From the human T2T-CHM13v2.0 reference genome, Homo sapiens, in the NCBI RefSeq assembly GCF_009914755.1, contig NC_060926.1: a DNA stretch of 64,000 bases. One strand, written 5' to 3'. The position numbers and the translations under genes were made by a program. Under the pieces are notes generated by a model that saw only the letters and a list, made by a program, of their open reading frames with translations, made no database searches and was not told the DNA's origin. Below are positions 64,000 to 64,000 of this stretch, in pieces (the stretch's first letter is position 1; every line of letters starts with the position of its first letter).

Positions 64000-64000
64000 A

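Overview
This is primate (human or great ape) genomic DNA and is extremely Alu-rich. The minus strand carries the 5' half of XPO1 (CRM1/exportin-1): a CpG-island promoter at ~39.3-41.1 kb, a long non-coding exon 1, and coding exons 2-9. These splice in frame to residues 1-253 (MPAIMTMLADHAARQLLDFSQK...LISTLIYK), and the gene continues past the left edge. The right 23 kb is upstream sequence filled with Alu, MLT1, MER20, MER2/MER6/MER47, MIR, L2 and L1 relics. The most interesting signal is in intron 3 (~27.38-27.81 kb), an Alu-free block where I recall the ultraconserved element uc.63. It holds three adjacent candidate cassette exons, and every combination I traced creates a premature stop, suggesting an AS-NMD ('poison exon') autoregulatory module. 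Other candidates are a 20-nt poison microexon with twin GTAAGT donors in intron 9, a GC-AG intron, and a potential 119-aa ORF in the exon 2-4 circle. There is also an AUG-free ~745-nt leader with (GU)17, helically phased TFCP2/GRHL sites at the TSS, and a chain of plus-strand exon-like segments that could form a divergent transcript. Nearly all ORFs in the supplied track are Alu read-through artefacts. Repeat family names come from recalled consensus sequences, not from a database run.
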